A DNA stretch of 64,000 nucleotides. Origin: Glaucostegus cemiculus. Taxonomy: Eukaryota. Below are positions 36,693-50,615 of this stretch, one piece after another. Each line of letters opens with the position of its first letter. Position 1 is the stretch's first letter. Both the position numbers and the translations under genes were made by a program. The notes under the pieces were generated by a model, which saw only the letters and a program-made list of their open reading frames with translations, was not told the DNA's origin and searched no databases. Location: positions 10,354,001 to 10,418,000 of the forward strand of contig CDPCPM010000050.1 of NCBI GenBank assembly GCA_976551045.1, written 5' to 3'.

Positions 36693-37484
36693 TCTATTTA
36701 ACTGCAGTGTAATTGGTTCCATGTACTATGTATCCATACACCAATCTTTCGTGGTAATACAACCGTAAGTGCATTTCTAGAGTCTCATTGAGTTCCTGCA
36801 ATACTCATTTGCCTTCCCAGGAACAATCATGACAAGAATCCTGACCGAGTGAGCTGAACAAACATGGGAGGCTTAATCAAATACATTGATGGTGTGATGC
36901 CACTGAACCATTATGCAGCCTTGAGTCCTCTGTGAAGGACCACTAAATGCAATGCTACATTTGAAATGGAAGGCCATTTGTAGAGGAGTGTAGAAAACGT
37001 TTGTTTTCCGTTCAATGATCGATAATGAATTCCTGTAGTCTTGTGCAAGAATGATAAAGTTTTACCTTGGAAAATCTTTATTTTTAGTAAATTGTTGCAC
37101 TCATATGCAATTAAGCATGCCCAAAAACTGGCTTGTATTGATTTACAGTGGTGAATACCACCAACTAGTTCATAAAGTACAAACTTTCTTTGCCTTAGGG
37201 TACAGGGCATGAATTCAAGAAGGCTATTTCATCACGTTCGAATTTGCAAGAGGGAATATGGGCTAAATCAAGTCTGATTCTGTCTCTGCACACAGCCTAC
37301 TAACTTTCCCCTCTCTCTTTAGAATTCCTGTTTTCTGCTCACTAGGTTCCTGACACACCATCTAATCTAACTGCATCAGACTATCTGATGTTTAATATTA
37401 ACCATGGAGAGATCTTATGCAGAGTCTCTCTTTCAAGATACTTCATTATGATCTAAAAAATACATAAAATATCTTCTTGTTCAG

Positions 37485-37577
37485 AAATTGCCAGCCCAAA
37501 GGCGCTGCACTGACCCAGCTGTGGAAGGTTTCCAATCCACTGTTGGTTTGCGCGATCACAGCTCTTACATACATCAT
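37485..37577 (+). other. Candidate 93-nt frame-preserving exon, product unrecognised
   Basis: Acceptor tcttcttgttcag and donor CAT|gtaagt. Two of three frames are open and CpGs are retained locally. Confidence 0.2.
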
Positions 37578-40037
37578 GTAAGTAAATGCTAAAAAAAAGC
37601 TGCTGTAACTGACACAACTGGCTCCCTACAGACTGAGGGAATGGCATTAATGAGTTTTATTGCCTCTTGTGGCTCCAACTCTAAGTGGGTTCAAGGAGCT
37701 CCTGCCTCCCTGGCTACAGCATGATTTGCTGTCGCTTAAAATGGTATCACTCTAGCTGTCCTTGTGATGCTTTTAAGTAGTTTGTGGTTCCCAGCTTAGA
37801 TTCACAATACTTGGATGCTTTTTTCCCCTCTAAAAAGCATACATATGAATTGTCATATATCAGACAGCAGTAGTTTGGAAAGTTGCTTTTGATGTTTCCT
37901 CCTGCTGAAACTTTGATAATGTCACGAAAGAAGCTGATTGATCATCCATTTTTTATTCTGTATTTCATTCCCCATAGTTTTGTTCTTTATGGAGTATTAG
38001 GATTTACTGTACAACCAGACTAAGAAAAAAATTGCCTTGTCTTTCAAACAGGAAGTGTTCCAAGGCTATTTACTTGACTGTGCCATTTTCAGATTTTTGG
38101 GATCAAGTTACAAGAACTCATATGATTTGATCTTTACCTGAGGTAAATTTAATTTCCTTTTTCACTTAATAGAATTTTTCTTTGTTCTGTTCTTTTTAAG
38201 ACTTTGAAAAATGAAGTAAATCATGTCAAGTTATGCATTTTATTATTATTTATAAGAAATTAGTTGCTGGAACTTATGAGTCTGTTCATTGATTTGTGAG
38301 AATCCCATTTCCCATTACACATAAAGTCCTGAAATTCATTGAAATAAATGTTGTATATAAAATATTATGAAACAAAGGAAGTCCATTCATTTTAATCTGC
38401 AGCAAAAAGCAGTCTGTGTTGATCTTTTCAGTAATTCACAGATCCTAATTTCCACCTAATCTTGTTTTTTGTTGTGCTCCCCTTCATTTATTATTGAAAC
38501 AGCTTGTAAAGTGGACCTGGCCCAGTCTTCTTTAAATTCTCCTACAGAGATTGTCGGGATGTATTTCCGAGCTATAAAAGGAAGTCGGTCCCAAGAGCCA
38601 CAGTGGTCACTGGGTTACACCTTCTTTTAATTTTGTACTGTTGTAGGTCATGTTGGTTTGACAGACCTGGCAGAAGTGGTTTACATGCTATAAAGTTGTG
38701 AGTTATCATCCATTAGGGTGAGACCTTAAGCACTGTGTAAATGCACAAGAAGCACTCTTAATTGAAAGTAAGGGTGGGCTTGCAGTGTTACCAACACCAT
38801 TAACTGCCACACTTGTTTGTTCTTCAGGCTCTTATTGACTGATGACATAGGGTTCCGTGGGAGGGAAGGAAGAAGGAGCCCTGAGTGACAAAGGCCCAAA
38901 TATCCTTACGTGTGCTATAAAAAAAATTGTGCTTACAACAAAATGATTTTTCTAAACTCACCTACTTGAGCCTTCACTGTATATCCAGTAGCTTTCACTG
39001 TAGGAATAGTTACTCCAACAGGTAGGATGTTAAATTTGCCCTGGGGTATCAGCTGAGTGAAAAGATGTCTTTTAATATATATTAATGAAGCATCTACCTG
39101 ATTCAGGGAAGTCCTTCAAACATCCAACAAAGTGGGAAAAGCAGTCACTCAATTTTAACTCCTTTTCAAGTTGATTTGCACTGAGAAAAGAATTAAATTC
39201 ATTACTAACATGTCAGTCGTAGTCTACATATATTCATGTTGTCAATGCATCTGCTCATATTTTAAAGTAAATTTTGACCTAACATACCCAACCAGCAACT
39301 AGTTTCCCTCCAATAAAATTAATCAGGAATAAAATGGATGGCAAACCCATGTTACAATCAAATGACACCTTTTATATTTAAACTACAGGTTTCCAAAATT
39401 TTTCACTGTTTGACAAAAACCTTCCATCATTATCTTCTGTTTCTTAGTCTGCTATTTAATAGAATGTTCTTTGCCATATTCAGCTGTCAGAGTGTGTTAC
39501 ATGAAGGCAGCTGAGGTATGTTCAAAATAACATTAATTTCTCTAAAAAGAAATTAAATTCTCTAAAACCCCATACATTGCTTTTTGGGAAGGATATTGGC
39601 ATCATGGAAAGGGCTATTGAAACCAGAATTATCTCCAGGATGACACACTAGAGATTGGAAGAAAGCCTCAAATAAAAAGATTAGGTGGAAAACTAAATTA
39701 TTGTTAATTAGATTAAGAAAACTGATTCCACTAACAGTCAACAATTCAAGTTAGAAATGCCTTAACAAAGATGTGGGCATCGTGTTGTGACTTGTATATG
39801 TGGAACTCTTCTCCTTTCTTCTTAGCCAATCCCTTGGTTTCAAGATTGGCTTGCTTTCACTGTCTTTGTGTGTTTGCAGGCAACTGATGGGGCCAATGTG
39901 GGAATTGTAGACTCTTCCACAGATGAGACGGGATGTGCATGACATGAGGTGATGTTCTCCTTTTACCACATATACAGGGCTTCTGTGTGCTCCCAGTGAA
40001 TGAACAAGGTCATTGATACCATCCCGAATGCTCTTTA

Positions 40038-40880
40038 AAAGTCAATGTTGAGTTTATTGTCATATGCACAAGTACATGTATGCACAGGTGCAATGAAATA
40101 CTTACTTGCAGCAGAATCATAGGCAGGCATGGTAGTGTAGCGGCTAGCATAACGCTTTACAGCACCATCAACCCGGGTTCAAATACAGCCACTGTCTGTA
40201 AGGAGTTTGTACGTTCTCCCCATATCTGCATGCATTTCCTCTGGGTGCTCCAGTTTCCTTCCACATTCCAAAGACGTATGGGTTAGGAAGTTGTGGGCAT
40301 GTTATGTTGGTGCCAGAAGCATGGCAAGACTTGTGGGCTGCCCCCAGAACACCATGCAAAAAGATGTCTTTCATTGTGTGTTTTGATGTACATATGACTA
40401 ATAAAGATATCTTATCTTACATAGTATCATTTAAGCAGCATTCACAAGAAGAAAACAAGTTATGCACAATTTTTATAAGTACACAATTAGAACAAAACAG
40501 AACAAAGTTCATTTTAGTGCAAAGTAATCAAAGTGGTCATAGTGTTGCTAAACTGTAGCGATTAAGGTCTTGATAGTTGGTTCAAGAACCGAATGGTTGA
40601 GGGGAAGTAGCTGTTCTTGAATCTAGTGATGTGGGACTTCAGGCTTCTGTACCTCCTGACTGATGGTAGCTGTGAGAAGATGGCATGGCCCGAATGGTGG
40701 GGATCTTTGATGATGGATGTTGCCTTCATGAAGCAGTGCCTCCTGTAGATACTAACAATGGTGGGGAGGGATGGGCCCCTGATATATTGGGCAGAGTCCA
40801 CTACTCTCTTCTGGTTCTTATTTTACTGTGCACTTGAATTGCCATACCAGACCATGATGCAACCAGTCAGGATACTTTTA
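40038..40880 (-). mobile_element. Rex1/Babar-type LINE 3' portion
   Basis: Reads DSAQYIRGPSLPTIVSIYRRHCFMKATSIIKDPHHSGHAIFSQLPSVRRYRSLKSHITRFKNSYFPSTIRFLN. Same subfamily as 23470. Confidence 0.88.
40122..40418 (+). mobile_element. V-SINE, stem-loop/(ATCTT)-tail family, inserted in a Rex1 3' UTR
   Basis: Full head to tail, ending aataaagatatcttatctt. Confidence 0.92.
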
Positions 40881-43800
40881 CCACTTTGACCAGTCAAGGC
40901 CCAGAGATTCCCAGAAGTAGTGGGGGTGCTACCTTTCTTCAGGGAGGGTTTGAGGACATCCTTTCATATTTTTCTTTGTTTGCCTGGTAAACTACTGCTA
41001 TGATAGAGCACAGAATAGCATAATATTGGAAATGATGCAGAAATTAGCAACTTGAACTGTCACTGAACAAGCAGAGCAGGATAGGATTTCAGATAAAACA
41101 ATGCCAGAAAAATGTGGTACCCAGTAGTCATTATTAAAGGCACAATGTTTTTCAATACATTCATTAAGATTTGGTTCCTCTTCTTCAAAAATCTAACCTT
41201 CTAAAGGTATTCACAAAATAAAATAATGCATGATTAATCATTAGACTATAAAATGTGAATAAGAAATATATAATCTTAACTGCTTTATCAGTTCAAGGGT
41301 AATTCAGGATGAACACTGTTGGCCAAGTCCCTATCTCATAAATTAATATAAAAATGCAAATTGGACAACATTACAATAAAGGACTCATTGAACCATCCAT
41401 GTAACACCTAAGTAAAATCAGTAAGACAGGAATTAAAATGAACTTTAAATATGAAAGTTGAATTAGGCAATAATATTGGCCTGAATCCTCCACTGACCAG
41501 TCATTAGTCTGAGCTAACTCATTGCATCAGCCATTCCAAGTGCTGTGTGGGCCATAACCAGTGCAAGTGGCCAGCTGTACTTGCAGAAAGGTCTCTTCAG
41601 ACAATAGGGCTCACTGGCTCTGAAGGCCAATTTTTAAAACTGAAAGTTTGTCAGAGACTAGCTCTGAACAGTGCAAGTTATCTACATAGGAGCTTACTAC
41701 ATTAGTTATATGGAGTTAGCAAGTAGCATCATTGTTTGAAAATATTGGTGTATGAAGAGGATGATATTCAACATACAGTGTTGATATGGGGAGTTGACAT
41801 AGTTCATGCACATTATCATTTACATAGTGTAAGTTCTATCCTATCACTGTTCTTCTCTATCATAAGTAATAGCTAGAGCTTTAAAAAGTGCCTAAAGTAA
41901 TATAAATTATGAAGATGAGTAATGTAGATGAACACCTGAGGCTATCTTCCTGTTGTTGCTTTGTGAAAGTAACCTCTGGAATGACAACAGTCAGGATTGA
42001 GCAACACCAGACTGATAGTCCACAATTACTAATTTGATTGCATTCAGGATTTGCTTTTATTTAATTGCCTTTGTCGGATGATTGAAAGAATTCAGGACAG
42101 TCAATCACCATACAATTTGTGAAAAGACAGAGTTAATGGAATAAAAAGGTTGGCCTGAATTTCACACTTACATTGTCCACAGATGGCATTTTTCCTAATT
42201 GTACCCCTCTTCCCCAGATTCACTTACCAGCTACTGATGTTGAAAAATGCATGATGTTTTATTCACCATCCAATAAAATAATAGATAAAATATTGGATGT
42301 CATATGTACTGGCCACATTTTGCATATGACAGAGATATTGGAGAAGTCTACCTGAAGCCAGACATGATATAGCAAGTCTTTGTCTTGCTGTCTTTGTCCA
42401 TAGAAAGAACAATATGGGGCAGCAATGCAAAAATGAATGTGGGAAGTTCTTCACTAAAGACATTCGCAGGGTGAGTGCCAATGAATGGATAGATAGGCTC
42501 AGAAGGTCCTTTTTGTTGTATGACCATTGGAGTGGAATGACCTTCACTGATGGAGTACATAAAGAGTAATGACCCTAGCTATTATATAATGCATTTATCT
42601 CTGCTACTAGTAATGAATTTCTGGGCAATGATACTTTGACCTTGACCATTTACCAACTTGATGCTAGCAGCGAAGTCCCAAGGCGCTCTGTGAGATGGAT
42701 GATCACGATGGAGAATTTAGAGGAGATCAAAGCACATCTGACTCCATCAGAGCTTGATTTGTTGTGTGTGTCTGGTGCCAACTTTGCTCCTGAAGAGTAC
42801 AGGAGGATCAAACAATGAGGAGCTTTGACAGCCTCCAAAACATGAGAGAACAATGACCATCATCATTTCAACCATCGGGAGAAGAATCTGAGCAGTCAAT
42901 CCTAGTCTGTGCTGCAGCCACAGAAGTTGTATCTGTGAGCTGTAGGAAGAGGAAGAGTCAAGATTTATGTTCCATGTGGGCACATGCCTTCATATGGGTC
43001 ACTTCTCTGGACCCATATAAAAATTATTTACTGACTGTGGTGAGGAGAACAGTAAACTATAATGAACAAGTGGGCACTTCTAAGATTTGCAAACAGCTAA
43101 GTTAGCACAAATTCTAACAAAACTTTCCCAACATAACCCTGTGAGAAAACCCTTTGAAGACACTCAAGAGAGCAACTGTGAGGCTGCAGTATTTATTGCC
43201 TGTCAAATCTTCAGTCCCCAACCAGTGCCACTGTGGTTTCACAGACAAGTTGCACCGTGTTAAAGACCTAAGCCCCTGTTAATATCAGCCTCAATAAATG
43301 ATTAGCATATTGACATTGCAGATTAAATCTGTAAATTGGATCATTGGCATCAGGTTTCCAACATGCTATCATGTTTAACCCTTTATCTGCTCTAAAACCC
43401 ATTCCTTCATAGGAGTTGAAACTAGCTCAGTTTATGTTGAAAAATCAGATCTATTCTCTGCAACAAATGAAGCTTATTCCATTATCTCCAGCTCTTAATT
43501 TGAGTGAGTTTTTCTGAATATTGAACTCATATTGGTATCGTTCCAGTTTATCTGTCAGTAATGAGGAATTGTACCTAAATTAATAGAAATTTCAGTGCAT
43601 TTATCCCTTCATACCTGATGGTGCTAACTTGTCCCATTGGAGATATCCACTCTACTCCCATTTCCTTTCACTTTCCCTGTTCCTCATTTTTTTCTAGTGC
43701 TTATCTCATTCCCTTTTAAATATATTGATTGATACAACTTTAGTAGCCATTTGCAGTAAAGCATTCCATATGGAATTAAATCTTCACATTAAATATTCTT

Positions 43801-44564
43801 TCCAAGCCTTTCCCTCTCTGTTTCTAGTGCTAACTCTAGATAAACACTCCATGTTTTCAATTAACTGATCCATGGAAGCACTCACTAATTACCATTTCAA
43901 ATAATTAATAATTCCATTTCTTTAAGCTTTCCTTAAAGCTTCACTTTTCCAATGAACACAACTCTAATTTTGAAATTCCTCATCATAATTACATTCTTGC
44001 ATCCAGGTAGAATTCCAGCAAGGCATGTTTTATTGGTTCAGATATCCTTTCAATAAAAAAAAACTATACAACTTGTGTCCTCACAAATATCATTTCAGAT
44101 TTATTATCTTCTCACTATTTCTATACTCTGCTTAGAAAACAGGAATATAATTTACTATTTCATTATCTTTTCCACTTCTCTCAAACCTGAACCTCTCTTC
44201 CTTTATTCTGCTAATTTTACCAAATCAGACATATCCATTTCCATTCCATTTCAGTAGTTGCCTGAAAATTGTGTGAGTATTGTGTGACTATTCTCTTTGC
44301 ATTGAACCAAAGGTTTAAATAGGTTTGTAAATATTTGTGATTAAACTGTAAAATTTGATGAACATGACTATGTGATTCTACAGAAGGTCATTCTTCATAG
44401 TTGCTGCCCATGCTGCATTTCTACTTTTTCTGTTTTTATTTTCAATTTTATTCTCACTATCCGAGGTGAATTCAAGTCTAAACTGTACAAGTGACCTTTA
44501 GATTAATGCATGTTGCTTTGAATAAGAAATACATTCATAGCCTTCTACTCATATTCTTAATAAC

Positions 44565-44880
44565 ATAGACCGTTCAGCCCATCAAGTCTAACCTGGCTAC
44601 AGAGCAATCCCATCAGCCCCACTCTCCCACTTATTCCCCTGTTACCTACTCTCTCTCACTTTCCCAGGAACTACTCCTTCAGAGTACTACCACTCATCCA
44701 TACAGGGGGTAATTTACAGAAACCATGAAACCTATCTGCACATCTCTGGGATGTGGGAGAAAACCCAAGATGTCACAGGGGGAATGTGCAAACTCCACAC
44801 AGACAGCACTCAAGATCAGGATCAGATCAGATTACTGGAGCGGGGAGGCTGGATTGTTAGCTGCTGCTTCACCATGCCTC
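44565..44880 (-). mobile_element. HE1-like V-SINE, degenerate
   Basis: Contains gggatgtgggagaaaacc...tgtgcaaactccacacagacagcac. Confidence 0.7.
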
Positions 44881-44969
44881 CATTTATGCTCTTTTGAAAA
44901 AGCCAATCCCAGGAGGTGCAGAGGGCAAAGTCTTCATTAGATTTTAGCACAGAAAATTACATCTGTCTC

Positions 44970-45535
44970 CAAAAGCAAAATATTACAGAGATTGCAAATC
45001 TGAAATAAAATCAGAAAACACTGGAAATATTCAACAGGTCAAGGAGAGAGAAACAAAGTTAATATTTCTGGTTCATGATCTTTCATTAGAAATGGGAAAA
45101 GTTAGAAATAATTCAAGCTTAAAGTGGGAAAACACAGGGTGGGTTGGAAAGAACAAACAAGAAGGTCTGCAATAGAGTGGAGGCTGTGTGAGATCGTGTG
45201 ACACAAGGGGTGGAGCTGCCAACTGAAGAAGGGAGGTAGAGAATAGGGAATAATATAATGTATTCCTGGGGAGGTGTGAAAAGAGATGAATGAAATATGA
45301 TCAGAAAAGGAGAGAGGAAAAACTGAATGCTGAAAATGTAAAGCACAAGACTGGAATGGCTGATAATCCCAAATCAGTGTTGAGACTGGAAGGTTGTAAT
45401 GGCCCAAACCTGAAAATAAGATGCTGTTCTTTGAGCATATGTCAATCTTCATTGGAACCATGCAGGAGGTCATAGTCGGAGGGGAATTGAGAATAATAGT
45501 GATGGACAACAGAAGCTCAAGGCCTCCCTTGCATT
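44970..45535 (-). mobile_element. Penelope-like element 3' end with pLTR
   Basis: pLTR at 44970-45100, plus gttgtaat...aagatgctgttc, the reverse complement of the EQHLIFRxGxLQPxGxN C-terminal motif. Confidence 0.7.
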
Positions 45536-46009
45536 CACCCATTTATAAAGAGAGGTAGCTCCAGAGAGTTGCATCTCAGTTGATTAGTCTGACAATTTAT
45601 CACTTTGTAAAAGCTGTGGTTGACAGAGTATACAATTTCTTCAGTAGACTTTTGACACTGGTGTCTTTGAAATAATCAGTGTGGTGGTGCAGAGGTCCAA
45701 GAGTAAAGATTGACTTGCATTTCCCCAGGTTTTGGATGTTAACAATTTCCAGGCAAGAGGTTCTGCACCCAGTCAGCATGGGCAACAGGTCCACCATCAG
45801 ACTGGGTCTCACTGCTTTTAGGCTTCCTTAGCAATCACAAGAAATTTGAACTGGATTGATTTAAATATACAAAACAGTGTTCTGCACCTATTTCTGTCGA
45901 AATCTACACACACTCTGACTTATTTTTCAGTTGTACCCTCTCTTAAATGGATCACTGGGGATTGCTGGAAAAAATGAAGTGGAAAATTTATTAAATGTTT
46001 TTAAGCTAT

Positions 46010-46235
46010 TTTTCCCTTCAGAAATTGGAGGTGAGCTGCCTCTTTGAGCCGATGTAGTGTTTCTGGTGAAGGTTCTTCCTCAGTCTCAGGATTTAGATCC
46101 AGCAGCAATGAAGGAACAGCAGTGAATTTTCAGATAAGGATGGTATGGGACATGGAGGGGTGACGGTGTTACCATGTGTCTGCTGCCCATATCCTCCTCC
46201 ATATGGAGGTGGCAGGTTTATGGGGTGTTGCCAGA
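46010..46235 (-). mobile_element. CR1-clade 3' fragment (family of 30840 and 62680)
   Basis: ggtgagctgcctctttgagcc...ccagcagcaatgaaggaac is shared with those copies. Confidence 0.7.
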
Positions 46236-46604
46236 GTAGGAGATCAAGAATACGCCATCTAAATCCACACTATAACTGTAATGTTTTGCATCACTCACCC
46301 TCAGACCTGTCCTCATATTTTCCTCCTCTCTTTCCATCCTCAAAACTTGCCCAACTGAGGTAACAGATTCAAACTCCCTGCCCAACATTCAGTGAGCTCC
46401 ATCTGCAGCCTCTGTTGTGATGAATCTCATTATCCCAGTTTTCTTTGGCCCAAAAAGTTTTCCCTTTCCATCTCCATCTGCTCAACTTCTAGGTAAATTA
46501 GGCAGGGTAATAATGGAGGGAAAGCTAGTTCTGTACTGTTGTAGTGTATTAATGGACAGATAGCTATTGGAAGGCATGTCCATAGAGATTTTAATTTGCC
46601 AACA

Positions 46605-46769
46605 NNNNNNNNNNNNNNNNNNNNNNNNNNNNNNNNNNNNNNNNNNNNNNNNNNNNNNNNNNNNNNNNNNNNNNNNNNNNNNNNNNNNNNNNNNNNNNNN
46701 NNNNNNNNNNNNNNNNNNNNNNNNNNNNNNNNNNNNNNNNNNNNNNNNNNNNNNNNNNNNNNNNNNNNN
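46605..46769. other. Assembly gap (165 N)
   Basis: Run of n characters. Confidence 1.
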
Positions 46770-49700
46770 GAACACCCATTCCTCAAGGTAGTCATATTAT
46801 TTAGATTAACACACAATAAGCTTCACATTATTTAGATGCCTATGCCTCTGCTTGCACCCCTTTGTACAAGTCCCCAGTCATTGATAACACCTGGGAGAAG
46901 ACCATTTACTTTCAACAATATGGAGAGGGTGGAAAGAAGTGCAAAGACACCATGCAAAAAAGAGGAAGGCACTATGGCAATGGTAATTATATTTAATTAT
47001 TGATCACGTCATCATGCAGCACTCTGATTATAAGTAAAATTAACTATCACAAGGCACTTTACCATGATAAAGCTACATTTAGAATCAGCACTAATGGCAT
47101 TTGCAACACAACTGACTCGCTCTCTTGAGATCATAGTTTTGAAAGCCTTTCCTGTTCTGGAAGTGTATGAGAGGGAAAGGCGAGTTTCATTCTAAGCATG
47201 TAATCAAATAATACTTGTTTGTGTTAGTCATATTTGGCACTGTGACAGCCATTCAAGCAGCCTAGGTTAGTTTCAAGGGCCCTAACTTAATGGACTTCAT
47301 GCCAATTAATTTTCATACAATGGGCCACTTGTGCTCGATCTGGTCCACCACCCACGCTCACTTCCTGCGCTACTCCTGCAGTCTAATTTACCTTTTGCAG
47401 CCGTGTGATTCCAATTGTCCTTGAAGCCGGGCTACTGTTGGCAATGAGCAAGGCAACACGGTCCACAAGCAGCATCTAGGCCTCAGATGGTGGATCCAGT
47501 TTTCAAAGGCTTTTGAAAAATACTTATGTGCCTTTGATGATCAGAGACATTTAAAAACCATCACAATGGATTTAAATCATAAAGGAATAAAAAAATAAAC
47601 ACATTTGGGTTCCAAAAATTAGTTAAAGATAGTAAGATTAAACAAAATAAACACCAAAGCACCTATCGTGCCTTACCTTGTCAATCAAGGACTGCAACTG
47701 CAAAATGAATAGGACTTCACTACATACACCAGTCATCCAAAGCATAAAGGTGAAGCGACTGATGTGAACTGCATCTGACTTCCCAGATCAGGACATTACA
47801 TACCCCTGATATTCTCTCCCTCTCCTGCGACATGTGGGATATGGCCACCAAACTCCACTGTCTCAGAGAAATAATGAAGGTGATAACTTGTCTTCTTTTA
47901 ACGGTCTCATTTTCAACGTTCAGTCATGTTCGTGAAAGTGAGATTTAGGCATGAAGCTGTTTATTCTTTCATAAATTGAACAAAAGCTTTTTAGGAGCAG
48001 TGGGCTCAGTAAGACATTTCCTTTTGATCAATGAGCCTTGCTTGTCCACCATCTGATTATGGTGCTAAATCCCTCCTCTGTATATAAATCTATCTAATTA
48101 TCTTGCAAGTTATTTATCCTGTCACCTGCAATGGCCTTCCCTGCTATCTTTTTACATAAATCTTTCTATAACCTTTGGGAAAAAGTTGCCTATTAAGCTT
48201 TGTTGCTTTTTTTTAATTTTTAACAGTTGCCATAGCATTTGTATCTCCCATGATATATTTATAAGGTATAATCAATATCTAACCAAAAGCAGCAACAGTC
48301 AACACTTTGACATTTGCTTTTAGAATGAACTGTTCCTGGCTGTTGCAAGAGTTAAGCCTACCTCCAACATGAGGCAATACACTTAACAATTAACATTCTG
48401 TCTGAAAGAATGATGCAAAGTATGCCTTAGTTTCACCTTCTCAGCAGTGTTGATGCATAGACTGTATTATCAGCTAGGGTCAATTCCTGGGCAGTCACAG
48501 CAGAATGTATCGCAGAACATCACAGGACAGGAGCGTCAGAAGCTTTCAAAACTGCTTCCTCTTACCCCTGAGATATATCAAGGCTTTTATCACACGTCTA
48601 GAGAAGACAAAAGCTAAATTGTTTTTTATTGCCATTAGCATAGCATAAAAGTGGAAAGCATTATATATAGTCCAGGATATACTCAGCATAACTCTCAGTG
48701 CTGCTTGATGAATACTTTGACTGCTTCCACATTGTTTATGGGTGCCCGGATGATATTGCCTCATGCATCAAGTCCAGAATTGCTGAGAAGTTAATATATG
48801 CACAATAACTACAAAAGAAACTTTCTAATGGCTAGTTTCTCAATATGATTTTGGATGGACTTTTTCCAGTATGTCCCAAGATGCTTTGTAGCTAATGGAG
48901 CTAGTATACTCCAGCAGTCAATATGAATTGATCAAAACTCTTATCTGCCAAGAAGTCATTCAAAGTTTATTCTGGTGTCAATATTTATAGTTCAAAAATC
49001 AATATGTGCATAAACATTAAAGTAAACTTTGGAAAGCTAATCATTTGGATATGGTTTTATGAATGAGCACTACTAATAGCTTTAACCATTTTTGTCTGAT
49101 AGAGTTCCCTAATAGACCTTGACAGATTGCACCAGCCAATTGAATGTGCAAATTAAAGGAGCCACCATAATTAGCATATTCAACACTATAACCTTTTATT
49201 TTTTATCTCTCTTCCTCCTTTCTGTAGTTCTTTCAAGCATACCACCTCAGCAAGTTTTAGCTGCAGAGCAATCCATGATTGCCATAAAGGCTGCTTCATG
49301 AAAGATAGCTTGGCTTGATAAGCTTCCTGAAACAAACCTCATTGCATTTACACATTATTCCATCTCAGGAGCTGTCAAGAGCTGACTAGAACTGCCTGGC
49401 AAGACTGGGAGATCTGAAAGTTGGCCAAACCAAGAAGCTTTAACTTGTGACCTGGATGGAAGGAAGACATTCAGTTACAATCACTTTTGGGCCAAATGTT
49501 CTGTGGCTTGACTTTATTATAAACCATTCATAGTGCACAGTGTTCATTTTAGCATTTTTCTACACTATTCATCACTACAATATTTTACTGATGATGACAA
49601 TTCTGTTGTTAAAATGTGCTTGTAAACTAGTTTCAGTATGAGGATAACGGTCTCCTTCTCAGACAGCTGTTTTGAAGTGGAGTAGGGACTTCATTCCACT

Positions 49701-49829
49701 GAGATTTTGAGCATAAGTCGTAAAATCTTTATGTCTGCTGCCACTATTTTTACATTTTATACATATGCTATGAGTTGGCCTCATGATAAAATGAAAGCCC
49801 ACTGCTTCCTTTAACAGAGCATGTATAGG

Positions 49830-50615
49830 GAGCATCAAGCAATGACTATCCCTGACAAAGGAGTGTTTAACTAGCTACCCCTACATTCAATGGTACATAA
49901 AATCATTGCTGGGTTTCCACTATCTACACTCTCTGGATCACCATTGACTTAGAAATTAGACCTGCTAAATAGGCACTGTGGCTATAAGAGTGGGTCAAAG
50001 GCTGAGTACCCTCTGGCAAGAGTCTCACTACCAGACTCCATAAAAGCATTCCAACCATCTGCAGACCACAGTCAGGAGTGTGATGGAGGACCCTACATGT
50101 GCTCAGAGGAGTGCAGCTCCAATGATACTCAAGGTGTTCAACATCATCTGGAACAAAGCAGCACATTTGAATGGCACTCCATCCACTACCTTCAACCTTC
50201 ATTCGGTTTATCGTTACCACACCATGGCTGCAGAGGGTGTCATCCACAAAACACATTCCAGTTACTCACAAATGCCACTCCAACAGAATTTCCCAGATCT
50301 GCAAATTTCTCCATCACAATGAACAAGGGCAGCAAGTGTACGGAAACACCACCACTCATAGATTCCTGTCCCCATCGTACACCATTCTGATTTGGAAATG
50401 TATTGCCAATCCTTCATCATAGCTGGCTCTACATCCCAGAAGTCCATATCCAATAGCACTTTGGGACACCTCTTCCAGAGTAAGTGCAAGAAGTAGTCTT
50501 ACATAGTCCTGTATCTCTATGACTCCATTAGTCAGTGCACTACCACCTCCTGAAGGGCAATAAGTGAATGGACAACATTGGTGGCTTTGTCAATGATGTC
50601 CTAATCCTGTGAGTG
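49830..50615 (+). mobile_element. CR1-clade LINE 3' portion
   Basis: Reads TICRPQSGV*...SAAPMILKVFNIIWNKAAHLNGTPSTTFNLHSVYRYHTMAA, with the 3' UTR caccattctgatttggaaatgtattgcc. Confidence 0.75.

Larger units (their letters stand above)
39820..41020 (-). mobile_element. RTE LINE 3' end split by a Rex1-type insertion
   Basis: ICGRVYNSHIGPISCLQTH lies at 39870-39930 and KDVLKPSLKK at 40930-40965. Homologous to 1870-2390. Confidence 0.75.

Noticed and set aside
46430-46835. ORFs containing poly-X
   Set aside because: Artefacts of the assembly gap.
47270-47720. Possible DNA-transposon-derived (Harbinger-like) non-autonomous relic, also around 52500-52860
   Set aside because: The impression rests on composition only. 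I could not define terminal inverted repeats, a TSD or a coding motif.
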